DNA of 64,000 nucleotides from Setoptus koraiensis (Eukaryota; Animalia; Arthropoda): NCBI GenBank assembly GCA_048013815.1, contig CM106586.1, positions 19,530,001 to 19,594,000 of the forward strand, read 5' to 3'. Shown piece by piece: positions 62,678 to 64,000 of this stretch (position 1 is its first letter; each line of letters starts with the position of its first letter). The notes under the pieces were generated by a model. It saw only the letters and a program-made list of their open reading frames with translations, ran no database searches and was not told where the DNA came from. The position numbers and the translations under genes were made by a program.

Positions 62678-64000
62678 ATGATGAACTTCTATAAGCAAGC
62701 GCATAGCGGCTTAACGTCGCGAACGAAATCACTGAGAGAAAAGTTTAGCTCGAAGCGATCGCTGAGCGAGCTGTCGTTCAGCGAGCGCCAGGCATTAAAG
62801 TCGCCAGCCATCCTGCAAACAACAACAACAACAGCGACAACAACGACAGCACCGACAACAACAGCAACAGCATCAACAACAGCAACAGCAGATCTGCATC
62901 ACAACCAGTGCGATAATCGCGACATAGCGGCGACAGCGACCACCACCACCACAACGACGACGACACAATTACCGTGGCATCGCAAGAGCCTCACGTCGGC
63001 CAGTTTTAGGCGCAGTCACAAAAGTAGCACGAGTATCAGTGGGCAACAACAACAACAACAACAACAACAATTACCAGTGGTGATTAATCAGCAGCAAACA
63101 GCGACAACAGCCAGCAGCGGCAGCCCGAAGAAGCACAGCCAATTAGCGTCTACCTCTAATGACAACAACAACAACAACAACAACGACAGCACCAACATAA
63201 ACAACAACCGCCAGCACGAAGCAACATCGCAGCAGAGAGCCACAGAAGAGAGCATCTATTTTTATGATAATTATACAACAACAAGCGCCGGTGATGCAAT
63301 ACAAACAACATTAGACAGTTCAGCCACGCGCCCCAAATCGTTGCATTGCGGCCGCCAGTCGGACAGCAGCGAGCAGCGCGCCAAGCTCAATTATCATCAT
63401 CAGGCAGGCGACGCATCCGGTGAGGAGCGGCCGAGGTCGGTGCACAGCAAACCGGGCGACCCAGTGTCTCAAATGCAAGCCAACGCGCCCACGTCGAGCG
63501 AAACGTCGGCCCTGCTGGTGAGCGTGGCCGACGACGACGACACCGCCGCCGACCACCGTCACCATCACCGGCACCACCGTCAGCACCAGCAGCCGCACCA
63601 GCACAATCAGCAGCAGACGAGCGCCACTTCCGGTCAATACAGCAAATCATTTTATGTGAGCAGCACGAGCAGCAGCAGCAGCCAGCAGCGATGTGATATT
63701 AATTCGGGCAGCGCGCAGCAAAACTCAATTCAGATTTCAAATGATGCAGGGGCCAAAATGCAGCGATCGCCCACGCGCGCCCGCTCAGAAAAGCACAAGC
63801 GCTCGTCGAGCGTCAAGACGGCCAGCTCGCGCGACCGCCGACTGGCCCTCGAGCGCCACCAACAATTCAACAACTCACCTGGCCAGCAAAACCAGCAACA
63901 GCAGCAGCAGCGAAATAGTGATAGCGACGGCGACGACAAGCGCGCCGAGTTGCAGCGCGAGCGTCAATTGTTGTTGTCGCAACAGCAAAATCAATTTGTT
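62678..64000 (+). CDS. Large low-complexity (Q/T/N/S/H-rich) protein, 3'-partial, at least 441 codons
   Basis: Stop-free frame from ATG ATG AAC TTC TAT AAG (MMNFYKQAHSGLTSRTKSLREKF...) to the window end. It is absent from the ORF track because no stop lies in the window. Composition resembles the K2P exons; no domain recognised. Confidence 0.7.
   Translation, partial: MMNFYKQAHSGLTSRTKSLREKFSSKRSLSELSFSERQALKSPAILQTTTTTATTTTAPTTTATASTTATADLHHNQCDNRDIAATATTTTTTTTTQLPWHRKSLTSASFRRSHKSSTSISGQQQQQQQQQLPVVINQQQTATTASSGSPKKHSQLASTSNDNNNNNNNDSTNINNNRQHEATSQQRATEESIYFYDNYTTTSAGDAIQTTLDSSATRPKSLHCGRQSDSSEQRAKLNYHHQAGDASGEERPRSVHSKPGDPVSQMQANAPTSSETSALLVSVADDDDTAADHRHHHRHHRQHQQPHQHNQQQTSATSGQYSKSFYVSSTSSSSSQQRCDINSGSAQQNSIQISNDAGAKMQRSPTRARSEKHKRSSSVKTASSRDRRLALERHQQFNNSPGQQNQQQQQQRNSDSDGDDKRAELQRERQLLLSQQQNQFV

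Noticed and set aside
2670-63939. Many 60-250-aa poly-L/C/V/Y or R/G/P-rich ORFs in the GC-rich zones, including apparent signal peptides
   Set aside because: They are alternative-frame or antisense translations of CAA/GTT microsatellites and GC-rich stop-poor DNA, with no domains.

Overview
Eukaryotic (animal) genomic DNA with spliceosomal GT-AG introns. The poly-Q/N/H-rich, intron-poor genes resemble a small-genome acariform mite such as an eriophyoid; this is inference from sequence style, not a database result. There are three zones. (1) About 1-13.2 kb is GC-rich and low-complexity and holds the 3' part of a two-pore-domain K+ channel gene. (2) About 13.4-40.1 kb is an AT-richer, heavily duplicated island. 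It holds one canonical cytosolic thioredoxin (WCGPC, 33920-34477) and, immediately to its left, a tandem/inverted array of at least 11 three-exon paralogs or relics that the ORF track misses because they are spliced. Six look intact: 14811, 17354, 20006, 25672, 28195 and 29403. They keep the thioredoxin intron positions and the fold signature (cis-Pro loop lost only in 20006), have gained an N-terminal signal peptide, have lost the CXXC active site, and diverge far faster in exons than in introns. The island also holds GTPBP3/MnmE, an orphan heptad-repeat coiled-coil ORF, hAT-like MITEs, a scrambled mosaic of Trx, GTPBP3 and Scribble-like PDZ fragments, and an AMPK-beta ORF reduced to its C-terminal domain. 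(3) About 40.2-64 kb is GC-rich and repeat-rich with no recognisable domain, and ends in a long Q/T/N-rich ORF that runs off the window. The main candidate novel system is the rapidly evolving family of secreted, redox-inactive thioredoxin-fold proteins, which could be salivary or host-interaction effectors. All gene models and counts were made by hand and need confirmation.
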